Positions 1-12,632 of a DNA stretch of 64,000 nucleotides are shown here, piece after piece. The position numbers were made by a program, and so were the translations under genes. Numbering within the stretch: position 1 is the first letter of the stretch; each line of letters starts with the position of its first letter. Source of the DNA: Lingula anatina (taxonomy: Eukaryota; Animalia; Brachiopoda); NCBI GenBank assembly GCA_051362555.1, contig CM120641.1:23442401-23506400 (forward strand), written 5' to 3'. Below the pieces are notes generated by a model. The model worked only from the letters and a program-made list of their open reading frames with translations, was not told where the DNA came from and did not search any database.

Positions 1-2277
1 GAGATCTGATACAGGTTCTGTCTGGGATCTGTTCTACAAGAGGATCTTCCCTGGTATTTTGTTAATAGGAGAGCCTTCATGGTTACCACGGCAACATTAC
101 TGCCTGTAGTGGTGTTAAGGGCACCAAAGGCCTCCTGCCCGCCTGTGACTCAGCAGAGGTGCATAGTTTTTGGATGAGGTGTGGAATTAATGAGAAAATT
201 AATCTTACACTATATTAATTTATGCCTTGGTAATATAAAATGCAAAGTGGGAATTTTATACAGTGTGAAAAGTAACTGAATTTGATTTCATTTAGGCTGC
301 ATGTCGAGGAGTTTGTTTTTGATTTTATCAGGTTCTGATATAGACATATACTATTGGCTTGCAGAGGAGACACTTGTGGTATCTGGAGAGATTATCATGG
401 CAAAGCTATCATATCTTGTCACTTTCCATAGCACCTGACACCAGAATGATTCTCTTGATTTCGTACATTGAACTATTATTAATAACTGTTGAACCAGTTG
501 ACAAGTGGCCTTGATCATCAAATTAACCAAATCATTGAGTGAGATTGTGTACTCTGTCCTTATGGGGGAATGTGGGCACTGTTATCTTTGATCCTGGACT
601 CTGATAATACATTGTTCCTGATAATTATAGCAAATAATAACAGATTATTATCACTATGAACCTGGTAAATAACAGATTGTGTCTTGTGACATAATGTAGC
701 ATGTATTTTGACAGGTACTCCATTGCAAAGATAATTGTACTCATACAGTACATGTTTCCTTTAACTGATATACAGTGTACCTTCCCTTTTGGTCCAGAAT
801 AGAAATAATTAGATCTGTCTATACCCATATGATATAACAAAAGCATCCTCTTTTATAAGTAATGAGTTATCAGTACCTTCAGTCTTTTGAGACTTGACTG
901 AACAACTTGATTTAAACCACAAGAAAAAGTGGGTTTATAAGACCAGTCTGTATAACCTCGAGATAAATAAAACCATTATTGCCTTTGGGTCTGTATCAGT
1001 TCATATTTTGAGACCATACATACTGCTGTCAGAGGTACATTTAATTCTTAACTGCCTGAACTTACCACTTGGAAACTTCCCAGAATTCTGAACTCGTAAC
1101 ATTTTGCATTTATTTTAAAAAATGGAATAAGATTGAGTAAAAATAATAAGTTGAAATTTTTTTTTTAATGTCCCATTTATGATATTGAATTTGAAAAATA
1201 AATATTAGCAAAACCACCCAAAGCAAAGGCCGCTTTTCATATTCACTGTGTTATAATAAGATTAAGGCTTACAAATCTCTGTAAGTAATCAAGTCAATGG
1301 AATTATGGAATTCTTCATGAATATGCTGAAATTTCCTGCTGATTGGTGGTCTCATTAGAGGAAGTCTTACTGTGAACAGATTGAGAAGGCTGAATCATTC
1401 AAATAAAACATGGCATGGGTTTGGACAAAGGTGCAACTGTAGTGTTTCAATAATCATGCAGTCACATTGATAATTTTTGGACCACCAACTGTCAAAAAAA
1501 TCATTGTGTCATAGTTTTGTGGTTTCCTTTTTCAGATATAAAACAGTTTGAAGTATTGGACAATAAAATCGGCTTAGTAGTTAGAGGGTCTGTTATTTCA
1601 TTTGAGCTTACACACATTTGCCAGGGGATTACAGAGAGTCAGAAATGGGAATGAATTATTTTACCACAGACAGAAAATGTCAGTTACTGTAATTTTTGGC
1701 TTGGATCTGCTGTTATGCTAGGCATCTAGAAGTCTGTGAGTTGTTGACCCAGATACCACACACCCTTCTGAGTTCTCTCCACTTCACAAAATAAGATTTC
1801 ATATTCATACTATGAGCATCAAAGTAAAAACCTAGGCAAGGCACCCATTAATATAGAGAACATTACTGGTAGCCATAGAACCTGGTTGAGAGCACCTGTT
1901 ATAGTACTTAACATGGATTTGATTGCTGTACAAGTGGGCTGCGTAATAGCACGAGCTGCACACAGATCTGGATCTTGTGCTTTATATGCTCCCTGTAGGC
2001 ATTCTAAAAAAGAAACGCTGATCATGTAGAAGTGAAATAGTGATTTTCTTCTCAGAATGAACAGGTGAAATATATGTCATGGGGGGGGGGGGGGTATGCT
2101 TCTCTCATTTTGTCTTACCAAGTGGCTTAGAAGTTTGTGCCTGTTTATATAAAGTCTAATAATGTGAAGGTGCATGAGTCACCACAAAAATGTCTATGAC
2201 ATTTACAATATCTGCAAAACATAAATAAGAAGGCATGGCCAGTTGTTTTTTTCATATTGGTCCTGTGTATATTCCAG

Positions 2278-5200
2278 GCAGCTGATATTGTTGGTGAGCA
2301 CCTGAGGTTTGCAATAGACGAGTATGGGAAGGATGATGACATCACAGATGCCTTGGATAGGATGCAAGAAGAGGTGATAAATGCCTGATGCAGGTTTATT
2401 TAAAAGCCATTGAAGTCAAAACTGATTTTGATGAGTGCCCAATTAAGTGCATTTTTCTGATTTTTTTTTTCAATGTAATTTGTCACCAGAACATTCATTC
2501 ATTGCCATCCATTCATTTATGATTTATTTCTCTTGATGTTTTATTTACATATATTTTTCTTTTCAACCTATGATGATATGACATGTTTAAAGATGACATC
2601 TCTAAGACAGTTGATAGTTATTCGTAATTTAATTTGCTTTATTTCCATGTGTAGTCTGATAGAATTAAATGCTAATATCTTTTATAACTGGCACAATTCC
2701 TACTTCAGATGAACTGCTGTGGGTTTATCTTATACAAAGATTGGGAAAGAAACGAGTTCTACAGCTGTAATGCCACTGGAGACGTGGCTTGCGGAGTTCC
2801 CTCCTCCTGTTGTACAGAACAAGCGGTGAGAAACAAAACAACATTCACAAATACACAAAAACACGTCTCCATGCATTAAGACATGGAAGCAAATGTTAAC
2901 AATGGTCAGCTGAGTGAGCAGGGGTCATGGTTGATGGTCATAAGTCCTTGTAATGTAGTTTTTGCCTTGTCAGTTGGAAGTACTAGTTTTAATGACTGGC
3001 TAATGCAGTACTACAAGAGCCACATAAAGATGCACATAGCTGGTCTTTGCTTAGCTTTCTTAAATACAGACACGACAAGAATATTCTGGCTGCTTGATGG
3101 TTTCTATAGGGAATTATCTATTGTTGTGTATAGTTCAATATAAAACCTAATAGATAAGGTGGCATTTTCTTGAATAGCCAATTATGTATCAGGAAGGGTC
3201 TTCCTGCTGCATGTCTCTGATTTTAATAGAAATCATCTGAGATAGCCCACAGTATCTTAACTTGGTGTAAAATCAAGCTGTGCTTTGTGAAGAAGTGGGG
3301 TCATTGATTATGAATCATTAATGTCAAAGGTTTTGGCAACCAATAAAAGCTCATAGAATTAATCCACAGGTATTTTTCACAATATGTAAGTTTTTTGCAC
3401 AATGTTTTGGGTGTTACTTTTGTATTGCTTTTTAAAACTAGATTCCCAGTACATTGAGTTTAACCCTCATTGTTAAAAGGTTAGCTCCATCTTCACAGGT
3501 ACTCACAAGTTTTAATCATGTATGATATTAAGCAGTCTTGTTTTAGGCTATTTTGGATGATTTCCATTATTACCATCTGTTCTCGTTAGACATGAGACAA
3601 TACAAGTGTATAGGTCAAAAGTATGTCTTCACAGTCCACATTGAACATGTGTTGATGATCAGTACAGATTGTATGGTGTAACTCACCACTAACTCATGAA
3701 CTACTACTCATGATCACTAACTGAAATGTATTACCTGTACTATCTACAGTATAAACAGTGACATGTTTTGTAAGAATATATTTATCATACTGTACAAATA
3801 TACATACTGTAATTGCATGCTCAATGTAAAAAATACTACTTTCAGTCTATTTAGATTACTTCTCCAAATTAGCCTACATTAATGCATATGTTTTTTCTTC
3901 ATCATTTCAGCTTGCAAAATCAGTAAGTATGAGATGCTGTGATGTGTATTTTTGTATGCTATTTTAACTTAAATCAGTTACAGAAGATATATTTTAACTT
4001 TAGAATAATGAAACATTGGGCTCTTGAAAAATGATTAAATAAATAAAATTTAAGACAGGCATATCACATTGTATACTTTATTAAACCATAAATGAAGAAT
4101 CAATCCTTTTGCCAAGAAATAATTGTGTATTTGCTGTCATTATTTATTTATAGGGTGACAAGTGTGGGTGGAAAGTTAGAGATGCCAATGGGGTGAGTAC
4201 AACATTGAAAATGCGACTTAAATCTTGGTGGGGTTATAAAAGGACTTATTTCAAAAATTGGGATGAAAATTTTATTAAATTATTCATTGATGGATAAATA
4301 GGATATTGGGATCTGTTTAACTTGGGGGGGGGGGGGGAGAGAAGCTAAATTTAAACCAATGGATACCATATTTTATTCAATTATGTCCAATTTATCCTTG
4401 ATTGACATGGTCCAAAATATTTTGCCTGAAATTTGATACCAATTGTATGTGATTGTGAGCATGCCAGTCTTGGTACTGCAGCTCCACCTATTGACTAGAT
4501 CAGATACTTCACCCTTCTTATACATCTATAACCATGTAAAATTGTTCTGTAAATAACTAAAACTTTATATATGATGTCAGTGATTTGTATCTTAGCTCCC
4601 CCTATTGGCAGTAAATGAGATTAAATTCAGATTGGTGATTTAATGATTATTATAAGATGAGCATTTATGTGACAATGTTATTAATCTTTTTAGGAAATTG
4701 ATTCAGAGGACTGTGTTTATGTCTGCATCAGGTGGATAGGAGATGTGTTTAATATGAAGTTATCATTTTTCAGAACATTGATCCTGGGACAGTGATAAAT
4801 GTGAAAGGCTGTGCCTATGCATTCATCAGCTGGATAGAAGACAACCTGGATGTTATTGGAGCCATTGCACTGGGATTTGCTATACCACAGGTGGTAATAT
4901 GTCTCCAGTGCTTTGATACAATATATTCCACTAGAGTAATTAAACTGTGGTTAGGTATAAAAAAACTTGTATGTTGTAGAGGTATACTATGTGTTAAAAT
5001 GTGTGTTAGAGGTGATTGTTCAACAGTTTGAACATGATTCATCAATTGAATTTGAACAAGGAATGTTCATATCCTGTAATCACATTAGGGATCAGTTCAG
5101 TCCTAAAACTTCCTGCATAGTCTTTGCACAAAAACCAGCATTTTTATTTAAAAAAAGATAACCTTTTATTGCATAACGTTGCCAGAATGGAATGCTTAAT

Positions 5201-5480
5201 TATGTAATAACCTTCTCTCTTTAAATATATAATTTTAGTTTCACATTTTAAACTTAACTGATTTTATATTTCACCTTTGAGAGCTCTGCCAGACACCAAT
5301 TTTTGATGTGTATTTTATTTGTATTATATTTGTTGAATGAACTATGTTTTAGTGTTGATGGTCAGGTTGATAATTCTTATGAGTGTGGTTCTATTCCAGG
5401 TTATTGGTATCTTCCTTGCATATAACTTTATGATCATGGTAGATGACAGGAGACATCTGTACAAGTCCACATATATCTAA
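2278..5480 (+). CDS. Tetraspanin, TspanC8 subfamily (TSPAN5/14/17/33-like), 3' part; 5' exons not identified in the window
   Basis: Phase-0 AG/GT exons 2278-2373 (AADIVGEHLRFAIDEYGKDDDITDALDRMQEE), 2709-2825 (MNCCGFILYKDWERNEFYSCNATGDVACGVPSSCCTEQA), optional 3911-3922 (LAKS), 4154-4192 (GDKCGWKVRDANG), 4774-4890 (NIDPGTVINVKGCAYAFISWIEDNLDVIGAIALGFAIPQ), 5400-5480 (VIGIFLAYNFMIMVDDRRHLYKSTYI*). CCG, CGVPxSCC and GC motifs; 8 Cys in the large extracellular loop, then TM4. Confidence 0.93.
3911..3922 (+). CDS. 12-nt microexon (LAKS) of the tetraspanin
   Basis: ttttttcttcatcatttcag|CTTGCAAAATCA|gtaagt: strong acceptor, consensus donor, phase 0/0, lies between exons 2709-2825 and 4154-4192. Confidence 0.75.
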
Positions 5481-8400
5481 ACCAAGGAGAGTTCAGATTG
5501 GTTCTATGCCAGAATACTGAGACGCGAAGAATGGTGTAAAATAAACTGGCCTTCCAGGGGTTGGAGACCTTGTTAATGCTTTATTACTAAGATGGTGACA
5601 ATGCAAAGCATGTTTTTTACAGCTTATATCAAGTTTGGCGAAAAATAGGATGAATTAAGGTCATCAGTGACATTTGTGTTGACCTACACAAGTGGCTAGG
5701 TGCAAGCTGTCTTAGACAAGAGTCCAGGTCATTGCTGTGTTCTGTTAAAACCAGTGCCAGCTGGGGAATAGTGCTATTTATACAGAGACTTACAAAACCA
5801 AGATCAGTGTCCATACATGATGGATGTCAAATTTGAGCATGACAGCTTGAAATATGGTACTTGAGAATGATTAAGAATGTTTGTAATTTCATCTTTTTCA
5901 ATTTTGTGACAAAAGTTTGGAAAGTTAGTTGTGCATTGGATTGATTGATACCACCAAACAATGATGTGGACTCTTGTTGGACACAGTACTTTTGAGGACA
6001 GACTTCCAGTTTGGAATTCAAGAAGTTTTGTAAAGGCATCTCTCAGCTGATAGTGTATAAATCTCAGTCGTATGTTTATCTTGCCAGAAGAATAGAGCTA
6101 CTGTCAGTTGCTCTGACAATCGCATATTGTCCTTTATGTAATACCTCTTATATAACTGGCAGCACAGCACTGCCCCCCTGCTCTTGCTAAGCAGGGTATA
6201 TCTAAGCAATTTGTATAGAGAACCATGCGATGAAACAATCTGTGTTTTCACACCCACCTAGCTTATTTTGAATAGTTTATATTTGTATCTTTATATTTTT
6301 GTGTTTTTGTGCATCAATTTTTTGCATTTTCCGAGATTATTAGTGAATGATTCAGTTTTTTTTATAACTTCGCCATTAGTTCACTTGCCAAGATGAAGGG
6401 TTAAATGTTAAGGAAAGAACAGGTATTTGAAGGATTATTTGCAATTATGATCAAAAATGGATTTGAGGTTTTCATAGTCCTAAAAGATATTTTGTACTCT
6501 TGTTGTTACATGTTGTCATATATAACCAAACAAACTAGTCAGCTCACTTATTACTCCCAATTTGAATCTCACCACACATAAGCACCCTGAGTGCGTTTTA
6601 GCCAACTTTTGTTTATATACCAGTTCAGTGTGTCACATGCTCTCAGACATGAGAAATCACTTGATGATAGTCTAAAGATACCATCAAACAAGTAAATTGA
6701 CTATTGGCCAGTTATATATTGATCTGTCTGGGAAAGTGTGACAAGAAGGGTTAATTTTTTTTTTTTTCAAAGAACATGAAAGTGGACTGAACTTGCTGGG
6801 GCAATCAGTATGGAAGAATTCAGAGTCCAGTTTCCTATGTGCCAAATATTACTTAAATTAGGTATTATAACTTACAGAGCATGAATATCTGTTCACTTTT
6901 TTAAGTACCTTAATGTTTAGCCAAAAAAGTTGTCTTTGTTAGATCTGTTGTAAGGTAGTTGACAATATTTGAAAGAATGAACCTTTTGTAAATATATGTA
7001 AAAAAAAAAACTTCAAAAGTTAACTCCTTGTAAGTTTTGTAACGAATTAAAATTCTTTAGGTTTGGAAACAAAATATAAATTTTTACATTAGTTGCAGTT
7101 TAACTCTAGCTGTCTGTCATTCTTGTCAGTGGTGTTAAAGTTTTATCATTCAATACTATTCTAACTTTTGAAAATGTGACAAGAAAATTGATTTGAGCTA
7201 GACTGCCATTTACAGTTTTGGTGTATTTTATTCCCTAATCAGAAAAAAACTATATTCCTCTAGAGACACACCAAACTAGTTTTTTCAAAACTGTTATATC
7301 TTTACTAGTAGAATAATGTTTTATATTGTTTTAAAAGGTGCTCATATGATAACCATTACATGATACTCCATTTTGCTTTAGCAATAAATTGCTAGTTGTG
7401 TATGAAATGTGTTCTGTACTTGGTAACAATATTTAAGCATATGTATACATATATTGGTTGCTAGGAGGACACCACCATTTAACCTCACAGAAGTTTACCG
7501 AGGGATTGGGAGTGGAATCTCCCTGTCCAATTCACCCCAAATTTGTATTTGTCTCCTAGAATTTCTCTGCAACAGTCCTGATCATTGGTAGGGACATTGA
7601 TCATTATCAGTAATTGAACAATTCTGATGTACTGTCTCTCATTTTCTCAATACGGTGAAAAAAGTCAACATCATTATGATAGATACCTAGCAGAAGAACC
7701 CATGCATTAACACTTCTATTTACATTTTTCTAATATGTATATTATTTTGCTAGCATTTTTATCTCAAAAAGTAAAATGCCAACACATGAAAATAAGTTAT
7801 GGATCAGCTGGGGCATACAAATAGCATACAGAGGCATGGCCCTTGTACAGAGACAAGAACTTGAAAGATAAATCGACCATTACATGGTAACATAAGCATG
7901 GTAACTTCATTAAAGGCTATAGCTTCATTGACAGGCGCTTGAGGGATACTGGCCAAAATGAACTGTGGACCACCAGTAGTGGAAGAAGCGGGGAGCTTAT
8001 TAAAATTCTGCAAAAGAAATTAATAAATGTATGGACCCTCCTGTACTAACGTTCCATAATCAGGTTGTGTCAGTGGCACATCATAAAGTATTTTTTCTTC
8101 AGGATAGTTTTAACACGTAATTTTTATAATATAATACAAAAAACAAAATGATGAACATAGATGTTGATACCGCCACATATGTAACAGTTTCGTGAATTCT
8201 GGTTTTGAATTTCTTAATCTTGAAAATTTGTTTTCTGGATAATTTCAACATGCTACAAAATAATACTGTTAATTATGTTCCCGTTTGTTTTTGTCATTGA
8301 GTTTTCTTATTTGGTTTCAAATTTTCCCATGTGACATCGATTGTACGTGTACGCACAGTTTCGAGCGTATGTGAAGACATCACCACTGGGTTTATTGACC

Positions 8401-9580
8401 ATTGGTGAACAGTTTCAGTAACAACCTCTCATCTAAAATGACCCGTACCTGTTGTAATTTGCTTAACAATGAGTTGCTCATCGTAATGTGAGCTGTATTC
8501 CCGAATGCTTACTTGGCAGTTGGACGCGGTTGGGTGTAGATGCAACAGTATGTATTGCGAAGTCACAAGGTTGAGCTTTTACAAGGCGCAGAATACGTGT
8601 TGTGAGTATCACATTTTCAATAACCACCGCCAGTATATACTAAAGGCGGAGACGAAAGAAAGAATATTTACCACAAATATTAATAAGACGAGTTCTTGTA
8701 CTACTGTTCGTTTATTACCACTGTTACTTGTATGTCACTCAGAAAAGCGGAATCTATTACAATGCAATCCAAATATGGGCTACGGGATGAACGGTGCACT
8801 CACCCGATTTTTGACGATAACCTAAATTTGCTTAAAATCTTTTAGTTCTGCACTTTAGAAGCTCTGTTTGAACATTTTGTGTGTCCCTTGACCGCTGATT
8901 TTGAATAGTTTACCTAATTAGAATGTCATGTGTGTATTTAAATGTAAGTATTACCACCAAAATTGCTGATTATTTAACTAGATGATGCTTGTCACAGTTC
9001 TGAGCTTCGGGTCCAGTGATGAGTGTGTCTAGGGTCAAATTTTACCAACAATACAAACGTCTCTTTTGACAACAATTGTGATAGTTTTAAAAGGAATTTA
9101 AACCTTCTTATTTAAATTATCTTCCGGTTAATTTTGTTTCTTTTAGGTTTTATTCCTTTTTATTAATTTTCACTTGTAAAAAATCAGTATTTCCACATTT
9201 TAATATTTTAGGTTTTTCATTTAAGTTTATATAGAAAAACTGTCTGTTTAGTCTAAATTTGTAATCATTATTTTCTCTTTTCAGAAGCTCAATGAGATTC
9301 TGCACAACATGCGCCAGCAAGCAACCTATGGTATCCTGCCTTTGTTTCACAGCCAAGAACCCATGCTCATTCGTTTATCTATTAAAAACTGAATAAATAC
9401 TTTTGAAACTCGAGTTTTATTTTGAATTTGTTATGAAGTTATGCTGATAAAGATAGTAGATTTGATAACGGAAAATGATTAATATTATTTTGTGCTTGAG
9501 GACTTTTAAATTCAATCTGCTAAATATCTGATCTGTAAATATTTCCTTAATGTTTTGGGGATTGACGGTTTTCTGTCACT

Positions 9581-9856
9581 TACCTGTCACCCCACATATG
9601 AAATGGACTCGCCCCACCTTCCACCCCTAGGATGGAATGAACTTGCCCCACCTTTCACCCACTCTGAAGGAATGGACTCGCCCCACCTGACACCCCCTGG
9701 ATGTAATGGACTCGCCCCACCTGACATCCCGGATGTGATGGACTCGCCCCACCTGACACCCCCTGAATGGAATGGACTCTCCCTACCTGTCACCCCCTGA
9801 ATGTAATAGACTCGCCCCACCTGACACCCCTCGAATGGAATGGACTCTCCCCATCA
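9581..9856. repeat. Minisatellite, about 8 degenerate copies of a 32-35 bp unit (consensus ATGGACTCGCCCCACCTGACACCCCCTGAATGGA)
   Basis: The core atggactcgccccacct is visibly repeated in tandem; it explains ORFs 9555..9800 and 9587..9820. Confidence 0.93.
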
Positions 9857-10290
9857 CGATTATCATAATGAACTATTCGACGTAATTCACTTACCTGAAG
9901 GCATTCCACTTCTGAATATATTCACTCCTAAGCTAGCTGACTTTGCGAGCAAGTTTATAAGAATCTTTTTTGTGAAACGGGGTGAAAAAATTCATTAGTT
10001 CGCCATAAACACCAAACAACTATCAAGGCTACTTTAAAACATCTTTTTTAACATTTTGACGAAGTTTATTTAGAGTATTGATGTCTATTCAATCCTTCCC
10101 AAAATTAATTAACTCTAGAACGAGTTATTAATTAAGTGTAATAGTTTATAAGCTTTTAATCACATGTCGGTTATTTCGCGTAGGTCCGAAGGTTCTCAAG
10201 TCCGCAGCGCTCAAGTCGCCGACTAAAACCGACCCCAATAATTACATACAATTTGTAATTAGCCGCTAGGCGTAGTTCAGGTTTGAGGTC

Positions 10291-10597
10291 CAACATTGTG
10301 GGAACGCTTTAAACACGTTCAGATGTGATGATACATTGTGCAAATTGTAGTGATGGAAAATATGAAATTCCTTTGTATGTTTTTTTTTCTTTTTTTTTAA
10401 CAAAAATGTACAATGTATTAGTTTCAGTAAAATTTATATATACGTTCATAAAAAAGTGCTGGCAACGGTTCTAAGACCAATGATAACAACAGTGATAGTA
10501 TAAAACATTAGAAGAGCGTTCTGTTGTTTGGTGATGGTCTTGCCATAATATAATATAATCCGGTGGTAACGTTATCAAAACGTTCCGTGTTATCTGG
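10291..10597. mobile_element. Possible decayed non-autonomous DNA transposon fragment with AACGTT-like subterminal repeats
   Basis: Recurrent aacatt/aacgct/cgtt/aacggtt/aacgtt motifs ending in aacgttatcaaaacgttccgtgttatctgg. No matching left end or target duplication found. Confidence 0.3.
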
Positions 10598-12632
10598 CCA
10601 TACTCTGTTGCAGACGGAGAGATGCGTAGGTTTCACGCATTAGTTAAGTGGTATCTTTTTGGTAGAATTAGCTAAGGGTCGAACAAAACTGGTACTTTCA
10701 GTTCTAATTAACTCACGTTTAAATATCAGGCGCTCGTGAAAATGTGGACAGTTTCGCGAAAAAGTGGACTATTCGGCCTGTTATTTTCTGGGCCTTAAAA
10801 GACAGGGACACAATGAAAATTACATTATCTATTAATATATGGAGTTTCGGTTTCGTACGAGGTCCAAATATGCATAAGATAAAAGTCTCTGGCCACTCTG
10901 TTTTAGTACGTGATAGAACCAATAACTGTTTTACTTTAATGAACTTGCATATGGTCGAGTTTCTTTTCTCCCCTTAAACTTCCTGCATAAAGAGCGTCTT
11001 CTTCAGAGATCCTAGTCTAAGTCTAGTTTAAAAAATTCAAAAATTTTATTCGGTTTTTAAATGTGCCAATTAAGTGGGCGTAGTGGAACGTGGATTTATA
11101 GCAGCTAAGCGGAGCGGCTTCCATCGAAGATGGCTACAACAAAATGACCGAAAGAGTACTTTTCAATATTTCAGACGAATGAACCTGTGGACAATTAAAT
11201 CTGACTTTGCACTTTGCCGCAATTTTATTTTAGCATGTAAATTGTTCAATCCAGTCCTAAACACCATAACTTGATGTCATTCACTATATAAACAACAACA
11301 ACACCATTTTTTAATGATGGTAATCTTTTAAAGTAAATTTCGCTAGTTTCAAATTTCAGACCAATTAACCTGTGGACAATTTTTATCATATAAAATGATA
11401 CCCTACCTATATCTCCGCACTCTTGGTAATACACTGGCTCCAAATTCTCTTCCAGTCAAGCCTTGGTGCGAGTCAACCCCCTAAGTCCAGCCCCATTTAC
11501 TACAATTACTTGATCACACATTTTGTTCGGCTTTGACTGGCTCTAGAGTGATGTCTTTTAATTACTCCTCCTGCAGTGGGGATGAAGTAAAGAAAGGCCG
11601 AATGCGAGGAAAAATAAATGTAGATAAATATTTTGGATACGACATTGGCCTTATATTCACTGAATTCAGAGTTATATTAGCTGGCCCAGACACCAAAACA
11701 GTGCGTTAGTAGTGGTAACAGTCCTACCGCATTCTATGGATGCGTTTTGCGCTATTTCCAGCCGCCTGGAGTTTTTTCTTTTTTTTTCACTTAAAATTAT
11801 CATTATCTTTAATAAATGTGCACTTGATATGTTATAGCACAGCAAAGGGGCTGATAGTTTCTATTGGAAAGTGATCGGTTGCAGAAAACTTACTTTATTT
11901 TCCCCTTTTTCTGCAGAACTGATGACCTTATATGTAAGAGCAGGATATACAATAAAAGAATCCACTGCATAAGACAACTGTAAAGTAGTTTTTCAATGAC
12001 ATGACTGATAATGTATTCATAATTTGAAATGCACAGTACGTTCACATATATGTGTTTTATTCAAATTCTTAGATTTAGCCCACGATGCCATTCATACAGT
12101 GGCATCAACGAAAATTTAATAGCTGACAACAAGTATATTTCAACAACGGCTTCCGTACCACAAAAATACAAACCCAAACTTGTGAATGCAAATTGGTAGA
12201 AAATTAATATGCAAAAAAAAAAAAAAAAAAAAAACTAAAATAACTTCAAGCTATAATTCCTATACATTTGAAAATTATAAGCAACATGGTTTTTATTGTG
12301 TTGATTATCAAATTTTGCAGTCAAGATAAAGAACTGGCAACGAGCAGATTATGATGATAATAGACCAAGCGTAAGTTTACAAGGTAACACATAGGCAATA
12401 TGCAATACTTTCTTTTGGAAAATATGTTTTCCATTTATTGTTATTATTATCACAGCCTCAAGTATAGGGGTACAATGAAATAAACTAATGTTCTCTTTCA
12501 GTGATGCCAGAAACATTGTGTCTGTCTATAAAAAGTGTAAAAATACTTGGGGTAAAAATATTTTCAGCATATATATATATATGTGTGTGTGTATATTAGT
12601 TGCATAGGAAATATCATACATCAGCTTCTTTT

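Noticed and set aside
8817-8826. TAACCTAA as a telomerase RNA template
   Set aside because: An 8-mer expected by chance in AT-rich DNA, with no supporting structure.
8978-9030. C/D-box snoRNA-like motifs (ATGATG, CTGA, GTGATGA)
   Set aside because: No canonical terminal D box, imperfect C box, no recognisable guide.
9555-9820. Repetitive ORFs on both strands or a CRISPR-like array
   Set aside because: Products of a degenerate minisatellite; no unique spacers, no cas genes, eukaryotic context.
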